A stretch of DNA of 64,000 bases from Xylographa opegraphella (lineage: Eukaryota), in contig JALDZX010000017.1 of NCBI GenBank assembly GCA_022813865.1, positions 186,001 through 250,000 of the forward strand, given 5' to 3'. Below, in pieces: positions 39,916 through 51,862 of this stretch (positions within the stretch are counted from its first letter, which is position 1; the number at the start of each line of letters is the position of its first letter). Under the pieces are notes generated by a model that was not told the origin of the DNA, did no database searches, and was given only the letters and a program-made list of their open reading frames with translations. The translations under genes were made by a program, and so were the position numbers.

Positions 39916-40657
39916 CCCACTAAGACACAATATGTGATTATGGACGACGAGACCCAGATGATATTCTCCAAGAGTTTCTGCATGTTGTTTGCTATCGTCA
40001 AATTGATGAGTCAAGGTGCCAAGTCCCAGTGCAATGGCTGCTCGTGGCTACTCCTCAAGTTGTTGCTGGCTTCACGTTCGCGACCAACGGACTTCGTGCG
40101 CGAAGAGCGTTGGTAAATACAGTAAACCGCTTTTAAGGCAATTCCATGCATTCCTTCCTTGTTTGTACATCTCGCTATCGTGCAGCAATACACGGCGAAA
40201 TAGGGAAATGCTCATCTGGATTTGCTCACTTCGTCCTACCACATCGTGGAAGCTATGAGCTTCAGTGCTGTGAGTTATAGAGGCATAATTATCACCGTGT
40301 CTCCATTTATGTGTAGACTAGCTAACATCCCTGATTCACATATAACATGCCTCATGTGAACTGATCTATGACAAAACGTGTCCGTGTCTCTTCTTAAATG
40401 TTTCTAACTACTTATCTATTTGCTTACTGATTCATATTTCATTACGGTACTCAAGAACTATTTCCTGTCATCTTTGTCGCACGGCAAACTCAGGACTATT
40501 TACTTAAAAAGTCACCTGTGTGAGTGCGCAACAAATATCAAGTTCTAAAAGATTGAAATACGACCTGTTATTCTTTCTAGTCTTCTATCAAGAGCCGGGG
40601 TCTGTAATCTTGTGGTAGGATACCTGCAACGCCTCGAAAGCGTTCATCAATACCAAA

Positions 40658-41443
40658 ATGGCCCTGCTTCTGGATACTAATAAGGAGGAGAAAACGAAGG
40701 AACCGCAGCTGGGGCGTCGCAAGTGAGTCATGCCATTTACTCATGATTTGATTTGCTTCCTCACTAACAGCAGTAATCTTAAATTATTCAACGACTGGGT
40801 AACTCTAGTAGTCGGACCAGAGAAGAAGATCTTCAAAATGCATATGGGACTTCTCTGCTCCGTCTCACCATACTTCAAAGCAGCACTAGAAGGTGACTTT
40901 AAGGAAGCACAAGAACAAGTAATTGAGCTTACCGAGGATGACTCTGAAATCATAGAATACTTCCAGTTCTGGCTCTACACGCAGTCGATTCTCGATGAGG
41001 ATGAGACTATGAGCCATATCGAGTGGGAGATTCTCGTGGGGCTTTATGTGCTCGGAGACTCTCGATTGATTGTTACACTTCAGAATCATGTTATGGACCT
41101 TCTGCTCCGTAATATCACTTACGACCGCGAGCTCCCCGAGTTCGAAACCATTTATGGTATCTACGAGAAAACATGCCCTGCCTCGCTGCTTCGAAGATTT
41201 ATCGTTGAAGCTTCGGCTCGCCACGCTGATCTCGACACTTGGGAATGGAACTTCGTGGACGGAGTCGAGACTGCACAGCGAGACTTTCTCAAAGACTTAG
41301 TGCTAGAGGTGGACAAAGATCATGATAAGAGGCAAGAACGGGATTTGTGGAAGATTCGCTGCAGCTATCATATACACACTGAGGGAGAAGCTCGGTGTTC
41401 CGAGGACACTCCGAATCCGTACAAAGTACGCCCAAAGAAGTAA
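40658..41443 (+). CDS. BTB/POZ domain protein
   Basis: VTLVVGPEKKIFKMHMGLLCSVSPYFKAALEGDFKEA...FQFWLYT, LYVLGD and CSYHIH. A short first exon from ATG 40658 is followed by a GTGAGT intron. Confidence 0.9.
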
Positions 41444-42732
41444 ACTTCTATGGCAATGTCATGTCTACCTATGCAGTATATGACCGAGTGTCTGAAGTCT
41501 TCGGACCCTTTCATTGTACGTTATTGATATCATCCATTAATCCGTGTCTTCATGCTGATGACTCATGTTGAAAAGCACTCTTCACTTCGCTCAAGGAAAG
41601 ACTTCGGCTGACACAGCTCATCCATTCCAACCTCAACTGGGGTTTACGAAGCTCGTTGGAATCTCTGAGGCAGAAGTGTGAAAGGCATGAGTGAACTGCC
41701 TACCGAACAGGTTCTCAAGTACCATCGATATGTGTATTGAGTAAGCAATATGCGTGCTTTGAATATCTTGTTATGGAAGTTCTTGCGAATGTGCCTGCTC
41801 GGCCATGACGGTTCGCTGTATGTGGACCTTTAAAATAATATTATAATATTTTTTTTAAATTATAGCAAAATATACTATTTATTTTCGACAAGTTTTTTAG
41901 ACTCAATAATCATTAATACTCTTGAAACAGCGAAATGCTTGCTCTCCCCTGCTGATAGGCAGTACCTGGGGCTCTTCAATCCCCGAGCATCAGTCTGAGT
42001 ACCGTGCCCAATATCAATCTCTCTTTCCCACGAAGGAAGTTGCGTTCTTCCCACTGTTATTATCTAAAGCTCATGATTGTGCTTCTCCTTTCAGAGGCCA
42101 ATATGTGTACTGCCATAACGAAGGCTTTCGCAATACGGAGACTGACAATGAGAACGGCACTCCACAAGGGTTGTGTCCCGCAGGCAGAGTGGGAAATAAT
42201 CAGCCGGCCCACATAAACTACATGCCCAGTGGGTAGATTTTTGGAGAGTGCGTTATGAATTCTACATACGCAACACAACGTAGCCTCGCTGCTCCGCAGA
42301 TATGACAACTCCAGATTGCGGTTTATAGGCCTCTTACTACAATTCTGTTAGACCCGAGCTGTCTTAAGTAGCGCAGGGCCCTTATCGGCTGACGGACGCC
42401 CTCAATGGTCGGGTATTGGATAGGAAGCTCGAGCAGAATTTCGAGCTTGAGAAGTAGGTGGTAATGTACCAGTACTCGTACGCGGCTGGATGCTCTAATA
42501 CGGCATGCCTCTATCTTAGAAGCGACTATGAAAGTTGTTGGTTACTGGTTGATCTGCTACAAACCGTGCTATCTTTACGTAGTAAGTGCATGCGTTGCGT
42601 GGGCTGAGAGACGGCTGGCTAAGAGGTGGATGTTTGTATCACACAGTATAGGGAGACATCCACATGAAGTGAGATGGTCTATACCATCCACAATCGGTGC
42701 ATTATTCACCATCTTTAAGTCAACTATCCAGT

Positions 42733-45700
42733 TCATATAAAAGCTGTGCCTCCCTGCTTACTTCTTTCGACGTCCCTCCCTCTCGCCAGACCTTCCTCTA
42801 CTACACTAACCCGTCGACTCCGATCCCCAAGCACAATCCCCGGTCCATCAGCCCCACTTCCACTTCCCTCACCAGTATCTTGCGGGTTACCTGAACCTCC
42901 CGGCTGTAAGACACCATCTTCCTTCGTCCAGTTCAGTCCCTGGACCTTTAGTTCACTCACCAGCGACTCGTTCGACCTCAAAGGGTTCGACAGCCCCGGA
43001 TGCTCCCACTTTCTTTCTTCCCCATCCTCACTTTCCTCGATGAGGTCTTCTCCTACATCGCTCTGAGGATCACTACCTTTTGTAGAACCATAGCGATGAC
43101 TACTACTCAGACTGCTCTTGCTGCTTTGGAAATGCAGACGGTGGATTGGGATGCGCAACCGAGACCCGGGCTTGTGCGGCGAGGCCGAGGGTGTCCGATG
43201 TTTGTCGTTGCGTTTGCGGACATGGATCTGCTCTTGCTGATACTCCAGCGGTAAGCACTGCGAGGAGGCGCGGGACAGCGAACGCTGTGGTATCAGGCCT
43301 AGCATCATCAGGCCTTTGCGCTGACCTGAGCTGGCATTTCTTTGGACGTCGCTTTTCTCGAGGCCGGTGTTGTTAATGTAGAGTTCGGGACTGCTACCAC
43401 TGTCTCCCTTGAACAATCTCTTGTCATTCTCCTTATTACTGCTGCTGCTGGTAGGCCGCTCTTCTGAGTATATTTCGAGTGGTGGACTCATAGGCATTTT
43501 CGCTCTGGGATATCTCCCAGACTCACGAGTCGAAGAGCATCGACCAGCGAACAGAGGACTCTCGCGGTGCCTGGATGGTCTAACTTGGTTGGGTATCTGA
43601 TTGTTCCGAGTGGGCATTAACGGCGGGCGAAGGCTGGGGTGAATAGGGTTCTGCGGCTCGACGGTGTCCTCGTCAAGACTCTCCGTAGATACCAAGTAGC
43701 TGTGTACTGGAGGAATGGGCCACCTGTACACACCGTTGGCGCCTAGGGAAGTATTGCGCCACGACTTTGCGACTCCACTGAAGGTTGGTGAGCCTAGAGA
43801 CCGACGATCAGAACTACCTATTCGTCGTCCATGACCGAGACCATGGCTAAAATTCGAGCGGATGGAGTTTCTAATTTTCGGATAGCCGTATATGGAGTCT
43901 TGTGCACTAGTAAAAGATGCCTGTCGGTACAATCGGGAGGCCGTAGCGGATAGAATTGGTAGATTGCGAGAGACTTCGGTATGTATTGTTTTTACTGTGC
44001 TATCACCACCTTGACCCTCGTGGCCCCTTAAAGAACCACGCTTTTCGTTCTCTGTGATTGATCTAATGGGCCAGTTCTCTGAATCTCTGCTTTGTCTCAT
44101 ACCCTCATATGATGCTGCAAATCGCGAAGCTCTTTTTACGTCTCCAATCTGTGGTGCGTTCGATGAGATACGCTTGTGGCCAAACAGAATTTCCTGAGAT
44201 GGCTCGAGTGGCTTTTCTGGTCTTTGAAGATAAGGACGTGAGATTTGCCGCCGTACGACGTCCAGATAATATCCTTGACCATTTTTCCGCCGCCTTTTGC
44301 TGATCCAACAAAGCAGAAGCAATGCTCCAAAGAGCACTATGATCGGCACTACCACGGCAGCAGCAATAGTCGATTTGCTGATGGTCTTTGAAGAGATTAT
44401 GTTCAGACCGGTCTGTGTAGGGGAACTCGAAACAGCTGTAGCTCCAGATGTCGTTACTGTGGCGGCAGATCCAGAAGCAGATCTAGGGCTGGAGACTAGC
44501 GAAATCGTAAAGTTCTGGGTCTGAGTCTGAAAGCCATTGCTGGCTATCAACACCAGCTGATCGTCTTGGCCTTGCAGATTCCTCGGTATCTGTCCAGATA
44601 GTACCAGCGTGTTTTCATTGAAGCTGAGCCATTGAGAAGTATTACCAAGAACTACGCTGAATTTGAGATCAGGAGCAGCAAAAAGACCTTCGTTAAATTT
44701 GTAACTGAAAGCCGACCCAATAGTAGCCTGCACTGTCCCAATAGTGCCTTTGAAAAAATCTGAAGAGCCGGCGACCGATATTGATATCGTCGTGTTTGCG
44801 ATATCACCATATATATCGACAGCCGAAACTGAGAAGTTTTGAGAACTCACGTCGTCTGGAGGCATACCAGAGAAAACTAAGCTCTGGGGATCAAAAGACA
44901 GCCAGACGGGCGAATTAGCAACAATCTCATCAAGTTCGTAGCTCTGAACAGGGTTGCCGTCCAATCTCAAGCTCGATTTAATCCCTGAAAAATTGACCGA
45001 TTTTCCCGGAGATGTGTCTATCGTGAGTCCAGCGACCCCAAATGTCAACTCGTGATTTGTAATCACAAGCTGAAGTGAGGCAATTGCTCCTGAAAATCCA
45101 ATCACGTCGGAGGCAGTCAAGTGGATACCGAACGTCTGAGGAAGTTCAGTAGGAGATGTGAAGCTAGGGATCGTGCCTGTAAGTTGGAGGTGTGACGCAT
45201 CGAAACTAAGCCATGACGGTAACGGGGTATTGTTAGCGCATATGGCATAGTATACAGTATTGTCGTTGGTGTTCGTGAATGTTTCCGTTGTGAAGGATAA
45301 CATGACAGGACTTGAAGGGTATAGTAGAAGGCTATTCGGTTCAGAAAATGTACCAAACGCTGATAGTTGCTGGGCGATGGGTATCCCGAGCTCAGGACCC
45401 GGGTTTGAAGTGACAATGAAAGTAACGGGCATCGTTGATGAACCACCGGTGTCCGTCGCTTCCAAGCTGAAATTGACCGACCCCACATCATTTTTCCCAG
45501 GAGTCCCTAAAAATGTTCTAGTGGAGCTATCCAGCTGCAACCAATCTGGGCCGTTCGATAAAGCGTATTGTAAGGAAGAGGAGGACGAAACGAAAGTCGA
45601 GGCGGAAAATACAAATTGGTACGGTTCTGAGACTCGGGCGACAGGAGGAACTTGAGAGTTTATCGGCAAAGCAATACCAGGGGTTGCACCGACACAGTCT

Positions 45701-45780
45701 GCAAGTAGAAGTCCTAAAGTAACAACTGCGGCTGTCCAGTGACAGCATCGGGCTGTCAGTCGATGCACGACGCGTTTCAT
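42733..45780 (-). CDS. AXL2: Axial budding protein Axl2/Bud10-like (cadherin/He_PIG Ig repeats, single TM)
   Basis: Signal peptide, PINSQVPPVARV, four P.WL.FD repeats, TM IAAAVVVPIIVLFGALLLLCWI followed by KRRRK, and ISRP. Confidence 0.88.
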   Translation of the reverse strand: MKRVVHRLTARCCHWTAAVVTLGLLLADCVGATPGIALPINSQVPPVARVSEPYQFVFSASTFVSSSSSLQYALSNGPDWLQLDSSTRTFLGTPGKNDVGSVNFSLEATDTGGSSTMPVTFIVTSNPGPELGIPIAQQLSAFGTFSEPNSLLLYPSSPVMLSFTTETFTNTNDNTVYYAICANNTPLPSWLSFDASHLQLTGTIPSFTSPTELPQTFGIHLTASDVIGFSGAIASLQLVITNHELTFGVAGLTIDTSPGKSVNFSGIKSSLRLDGNPVQSYELDEIVANSPVWLSFDPQSLVFSGMPPDDVSSQNFSVSAVDIYGDIANTTISISVAGSSDFFKGTIGTVQATIGSAFSYKFNEGLFAAPDLKFSVVLGNTSQWLSFNENTLVLSGQIPRNLQGQDDQLVLIASNGFQTQTQNFTISLVSSPRSASGSAATVTTSGATAVSSSPTQTGLNIISSKTISKSTIAAAVVVPIIVLFGALLLLCWISKRRRKNGQGYYLDVVRRQISRPYLQRPEKPLEPSQEILFGHKRISSNAPQIGDVKRASRFAASYEGMRQSRDSENWPIRSITENEKRGSLRGHEGQGGDSTVKTIHTEVSRNLPILSATASRLYRQASFTSAQDSIYGYPKIRNSIRSNFSHGLGHGRRIGSSDRRSLGSPTFSGVAKSWRNTSLGANGVYRWPIPPVHSYLVSTESLDEDTVEPQNPIHPSLRPPLMPTRNNQIPNQVRPSRHRESPLFAGRCSSTRESGRYPRAKMPMSPPLEIYSEERPTSSSSNKENDKRLFKGDSGSSPELYINNTGLEKSDVQRNASSGQRKGLMMLGLIPQRSLSRASSQCLPLEYQQEQIHVRKRNDKHRTPSASPHKPGSRLRIPIHRLHFQSSKSSLSSSHRYGSTKGSDPQSDVGEDLIEESEDGEERKWEHPGLSNPLRSNESLVSELKVQGLNWTKEDGVLQPGGSGNPQDTGEGSGSGADGPGIVLGDRSRRVSVVEEGLARGRDVERSKQGGTAFI

Positions 45781-46177
45781 CGCAGGGTTTGGTGCAGGTT
45801 CGGGACGTGCAGAGTACACCTGATTTTGTTTAGATAGAATTAGAAGATTCGCATTGAAGCCTCATGCTAGTTCCCTAGACACTTCGTGACCTCTGCTTAA
45901 GAGCATCTGCGACGATGTATTGATATTTTGCTTGCTGTAAAGAAGAGCTTCCTCTCTTCAGCAAAAAGAGAACACTCTCATACATCCACCCCTTTGAACA
46001 GTAATACAGAGTGGTTGGAACCTAATATGCAGGCACTATAGCTCTGGCCAATAAGAATCTCACCGAGAAGAAGGCTCTGTAAGGGGTACTGGGCTCGCTG
46101 CGAGACCACATTCCGCGCAAACCATCACGAACAATGCATATGATATTGGTATAGGAAGAGAAACTAGAACATGATTT

Positions 46178-46633
46178 TCAATTAATAGATGTCAAATCAA
46201 GAATCATTTGAAGACCATTACGGCCTGGACCATAATAGTCCTCAGCACGAGTAACGACCTCAAAGCCCAATAAATGGTACAAACCACGAGCAGGCTGCCG
46301 AGCTTCATCAACCCACAGCAGTAGTTTCTCACATCCCTGACATTGAAGTCTGTCCTTCAGTCTTAGAAGTAGATTGCGAGCAAGGCCTTGCCGGCGATAG
46401 TCGTCGAGAACGCATACCTTATGCAGGAGTGTAATCTTATGTAGACGCGCATAGAGCATGTAAGCTGCAAGGCTCTTCTCAGTATCAGCCAGCACGACAA
46501 TGAGTTCTGTATTGGCTTTCCGTGACTCCTGTTTGATGTCTAATGATTCGGCTTTGGGAAACGTTTTCCGCTCAGCTTTTTGGATGCGGTCGATGAGATC
46601 CAGATCCTGAGCATAGCCTCTAAGGGGCTTCAT
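46178..46633 (-). CDS. GNAT (RimI-like) acetyltransferase; 5' end uncertain
   Basis: LHKVCVLDDYRRQGLA (motif A), LWVDEARQPARGLY..LGF and DYYGPGR. Confidence 0.88.
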   Translation of the reverse strand: MKPLRGYAQDLDLIDRIQKAERKTFPKAESLDIKQESRKANTELIVVLADTEKSLAAYMLYARLHKITLLHKVCVLDDYRRQGLARNLLLRLKDRLQCQGCEKLLLWVDEARQPARGLYHLLGFEVVTRAEDYYGPGRNGLQMILDLTSIN

Positions 46634-46939
46634 ATCTACATCCACGAGAATCATCACAGGGACTGTACTAAGAAAGAGGCAGTATTTTCAACTGCGGTGA
46701 ATTACAGCATATCCTTGGACCCTGCAAGATCTGTAGATAGACTGATTAGGGTAAGCCTCGAAATTTCTTGGCACCGGCCGACGGGCAATATTGCTACCAA
46801 GTACAGAGTACTTACCCAAGATTTTAGGTTGATGTTGGTATTACCACGAGTCGTCACCAACCAATCTGAGGATGCTTAAGTCACACGAAAACCCCTAAGC
46901 TTCACCAAATCATCAACAGCCACCCTCCAATTCTAAACC

Positions 46940-48018
46940 ATGACATCCCCCCCCCTCGCCCTCCACATATCGGAAGATTTCCTGCCCTCCCGTCGTCCAA
47001 AGACCCCAGGAACCAGCAACCTCTCATTCTCCGGCTTCCTCTCCCCGCCCCTCCGACTTCACGAAGACCTCAAAGATGGGTGCGGGGGACAACTCTGGCC
47101 CGCGGGCATGGTCCTCGCACGATACCTATTGGAAAGGAAGGACGAGCTGAGGGGGAAGGTGATGTTTGTATGCTCTAGCCGACGTATCTGCCCTGGTACA
47201 TTGCTGAGAGATATAGCATCGCTGACGAGTATCCACTGCAGACTTGAACTTGGCGCCGGCGGCGGATTGGTTGGGTATGCCTCGCCCTCACCTAACAGAA
47301 CAAGTAGCTGCTGACACCTATACGACAGCTTGGCAGTCGCCCTCGCGCTAAGCCAGTCTTCCCAACCAGCAAGCACCAGAAAAGAAGCCAGCCCCCCGCT
47401 CCTTATCACCGACCTCCCCATCCTACTCCCCCTCCAAGCCTCCAACATCGCACTCAACGCCCTACCCACAACCTCCATCCTCTCCCACCCTCTACCATGG
47501 GGTTCTCCCCTCCCGGCCCATCTCCCCACGCCATACCGCCGCCCAGAGATCATCCTTGCAGCCGATTGTGTGTACTATGAACCCGCCTTCCCGCTACTAC
47601 TCGAGACGCTCGAGGAACTTCTTGGGATCGACGAGGGCATCAAAGACAGAGGTGAAGGCACATTGGATGATGAGAGTACAAAAGGTGCAGAACAACGGAG
47701 GGAGTCCGTGTGCTACTTTTGCATGAAAAAGCGACGAAAGGCGGACATGCGGTTTGTGGCGTCGCTGAAGCGGGTGTTTGAGGTGGTGGAGGTGAAGAAA
47801 GGGGTTGTGGATGGGGAGAAAGGCGTGTTCTTGTGAGTAGCATCATTTGACGCTTTGAGTGTTTGAGTGGACGAAAATCAAAGAGGGAAAATGCTTGTGC
47901 TGACCGTTACCGCAGATATGAGGTGAGGTCAAAGAAGGGCAAGGTTTCGAGAAGCGGAGCAAAGGGCTTGAAGCTGGGAACGGTATCAACCATGGATCAT
48001 GAAATGATAAACCGGTAA
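46940..48018 (+). CDS. EFM6: Protein-lysine methyltransferase, Efm6/METTL21 family
   Basis: GCGGQLWPAG, spliced LELGAGGGLVGL, ITD, LPWG, ILAADCVY and KKRRKAD; three introns. Confidence 0.85.
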
Positions 48019-48189
48019 AGGGATTTAGAACATGATTGTTTCCAAGACATGCTTGACATTCGGACGGCCAATTAATATCTCGCTTCATAGCCTACTTATT
48101 CTAGTACATTCATAATTATGAGGCTCTAGTGCAGGGAACTCGTTTCGAAAATCGTTTCCTTTTTTAGTTGTTACATTCGCTGATATGTC

Positions 48190-50915
48190 TCAGCCTCTGA
48201 TTACTATCATGACCAATATCGCATTGGCGACACAGATCAAGGCGAAGACTAATAACAACCCACTCCTCTGCAACAAGCCCGTGCTCTGCTTACTTATAAT
48301 CATCATGCTTACACCGAGGATTGCGAAGACAAGGCTGAACACCATACCCACAAGTGTGCCAATATCAGCTCGGCGGACATATCGTCTACGAGCTGTGGTA
48401 GTGAGCACACCGGCGATTGCGAGCAGGATGAACGACGCGATGAAGAAAGCAATGCAGCAACGGAGGAGAAGACTCTCACGGTTGGCAACGACTTTTGACT
48501 GGTTAGACCTCCGATTTGCTTGGAAAGTAGAGTAGCGGCGAGGTTGAGGTACGTTTTCTGCAGAAGAGTTGTCCGAGTCGAGATCTGTATCCTCGGCACG
48601 GGGCCGTTGGTTGAAGTAGTCGTCTGTGAGAGGCCGGTGCTCCGCAGAGCTGTACTTTGAAGATGGACGCAACCAGGCCGTGACCTTTTCGGACGTCTGT
48701 ATTGCAGTATTTGAGACTGTTCGAATTAGTTTTGATATGCTGGCTATCCCTGGGAATGTTGATTGAGCGTTGGGATCGACGAATATTGTGTAAGCCTCAT
48801 CTGGCGGGGCTTCATCACCATCATCGAATTCGTTCCAATATCTTTGTGGTGGGGCTTCGGATGAGCTGATCTGTCGACTGAGAGGGTGTTCGTTCCGTGT
48901 TCTGCGCTTTCTCTTCATCGCCAAATGAGGCGATTCAAGCTGCTCTCTTACGGACGTAAGAGGAGATTCGAGCGACGCATTAGCGGAGAATCCGCTACCA
49001 GAGGGTCCATCGGTGACAGATGTTGCAGAATTGGATTTCGTCTCCGGGCTGACGGGTGTTGATGCACGCGGTAATGCTGTCGAGTGACGTCTTGAAAGAG
49101 ATCCAGGCGTAGGCAGTTTTCTGATATCTCGGTTCAGCGCCGGTATCCAGAATGGAGGTGGCATGCCTGGAGGCTTGCAAAGCATAGCCACCGCGTGAGT
49201 AGCGAGTGAGAATCCTCGGACTCGTTCTGTCAAATGTGTTTCATCAAGTGCCTTCACTAGATCCGGCTGGCTGGTTTCTTCCCATCGTACCTCTAGAAGT
49301 GCATATGGGAAGTCTTCTGAAGCTGAGTCTTTGAGGGACGTCGAGTGGCTGAAATCCTTCAGCTCGTCAACAGATGATCTGGTCATCGATACACTTTTAT
49401 CCAATATGGCCCAGATACCTCTAGAATCGCTGTTGCCAAGGCCTACAAACCTGGTTCGGGAAGACCGTAGATGTACAAGAGGCTGAACCTCTTGGTGGTC
49501 AGTTAACCAGTGGCGTATCGCTTCAACATCGCCATCCGTGGCATATGATTCGTTCATAGGCACCGTAATGTTAGTACTTGAATCAGCCGGTGGGAGAGAT
49601 GAAGCATGGTCAGCAAAAACTTGGTTCAGCAACTTAGGTCTCAATCTCGCTTTCTTTGTAGATATGGATGTACCTGTCGTGTTGACTCCAGCCTTGCATG
49701 CCGCGAAATTGTTGATGACGACGATCGCTTCTCCCTTTGCTGAATATCTTATACTTACTGCAGCTTCCTCTGGCACAGTCCCCGGCACACACTCCATGTC
49801 GTTGACAGTCGTTGAGTTCCGACGCTCTGCAAAATTCTGCAAATCATCACACACGATAGTCCCGGCTTCATCTACGACTCCACTATTTGCTGAGCTTTGA
49901 AGAGAGGTTCGCCGGGAGCCTGAATGTGATGAATTCCGAGAAGACCTTGAGTCTTCTCCAGGACGTCGTAATCTACTATAACGTAGCAATAGGATGTGAA
50001 GTTGCACAAGATTGTCTGGGTGAATCCAATATGCCGCCTTGCCGCCATTGTTTCCCAATGGCGAAATAGCGAAAGCTGTATCGACTTCGACGTCGTCTCC
50101 GGTCATATACGCAGCATAAATCCCTGTGGTGCTCGTTGTGTCCGCACTTGTATTGGCGGTCGCTTCTTGAGTTAGCTTGGGATGACGGGCACTTCCACTG
50201 GAAGTCCGCGGGCATGGTGTGGATATGCGTTGAATTCGGCCGGCGGTATTCCAAGAAAACCCAGACTCGAACGGGCTTCTGACAGAAGCCAGGACCCAAG
50301 TGAATCGTTCCAAGAGCGGTCCAAAATCCTTGCGTGAGAAATTGTTCGGCTTGCTCAGCACCTCGTCTTGGAAGCGTGTTCCCAGTCGGCTTGAGCCTGT
50401 CCACTTCTTATACTTCTTGAGCAATTTGCGAAACGCTAAGCGTTGTACCCCCACGAATTCTGCCAAGGATTGAATCTCTTCGCCAACCCTTAGCACTTCA
50501 GTCTCAGCTTTTGAAAATCTCTCCAAACGCCGAACCGAGATTGGTTTTCGTCTTGCTGTTTCGCACTGGTGGACCAGATTCAGGACCTGTTTGTGTAGAT
50601 GATCCAATCGGCGTTCGATCTCCCCAGATTTGCTTTGCACAAAAAGATCAATGCGCTGATGCTGATCAAATAGCTCTGCGTATAGCTCCTCTTCGAAGTC
50701 ATCGGACGCCTTCTTGGCACTGGCCTGCCCAGGAATTGAAATTGGCTGACCCTGGGATCTGGTCGTTCGTTGTTTGATTAGGTGTTTGATGTCGTTGTAA
50801 TCGACATTGTCTGCATCGCGAAGTCAGATGTGATAGTCTCAATGGCCTCGGTCGATCCCTTACATGTTCCCCATTCTGGAATGGAACGCTGCTGAAGCGT
50901 GGCCCCGTACTTCAT
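48190..50915 (-). CDS. SPX + VTC-like domain membrane protein
   Basis: MKYGATLQQRSIPEW..|NVDYNDIKHLIK (SPX start, one intron), AFRKLLKKYKKW, YWIHPDN, LLEVRWE, ERVRGFSL, RYWNEFD and three C-terminal TM helices. Confidence 0.88.
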
Positions 50916-51834
50916 CTCACACTGTGGTCGGGATACTAGGGAATGTCGGCTGCAGAAAGATACTCGATTGACTTATGTACAATTGATCCCCTGGGGATCG
51001 ACTTTCCTATCCAAGCAGTCCAGGTGGGGTAAAGCGAACGACTGAACAATTTGGAAAAGAGGTGCAGCGTGCAGCGTTAGCCGATTCATTGGAGGTTAAG
51101 GTATCTTGTCGTGTCTAGAGCATCCCCGGGGGATAAAGTGTGAATAAGGATAGGAAAGATGGAGCCGCATGTGCAACAAAGGCATGGACAGCAACAACAA
51201 TACTGGGAAAGCTTGGGTGGATCTTGCAAAGCCATAGCTTCGACGAGGATTGGCCGAAACAATTACCTAGCAAGAAAGATTTCTTGAATTTGCATGTGGA
51301 AAGTCAAGGCTAAAGACTAAAGGTTACCTTAGTGATCCCTCCCGCCAAGAGGGCATTTTTTCAAGGAAAGGTGCCAAGCACAAGCCGTCAATATCCGCAC
51401 CAGCCGCCGATATACGGGAGTAAGGTAGGTACCTAGGTATCGTTCAATAGATACGGAGTGGTTGGGAGTTCTAGGGTATCTTTAGGCACATGCTTTGCGA
51501 TCAATACCCTAAGGTAATCTACCTCCCTACCGTACTGACAACCAAGACACCTGGAGGTGGGAGCAAGTTCGATCGAGGTGTCGGAGGCATCGGCAATTGT
51601 TGTAGTGGGGGTGGGCTTCGGGAGCGGAACCTGGTTGACGCCAAGCCAGAGGTCAGGGGCAGGGGTCTAGCTCCAACGTCGCTGCACGAAATTCGGCTAA
51701 GATTTTTTCTGATATCAGTCTGCGCTGCGATAAGCAGGATCAAGATTACCTTGCAGCCACGGAGACGTGGATCACACGACACATTACCTATCCGTGCTCG
51801 CTGTTCGTGTATCAACAGCCTGGACTGATAGCCG

Positions 51835-51855
51835 CTGCTGCTGCTGCTGTTGCTG
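51835..51855 (+). repeat. (CTG)n microsatellite just upstream of the MPP10 start
   Basis: ctgctgctgctgctgttgctg. Confidence 0.8.
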
Positions 51856-51862
51856 GACACAA

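Noticed and set aside
41830..41920. Short AT-rich patch (RIP-degraded transposon?)
   Set aside because: Too short, with no terminal repeats or transposase remnants.
51310..51540. TAGGT/TACCT-rich quasi-palindromic intergenic sequence (similar at about 60540-60680)
   Set aside because: Low-complexity with no regular unit or spacer structure; not an array or a supportable element.
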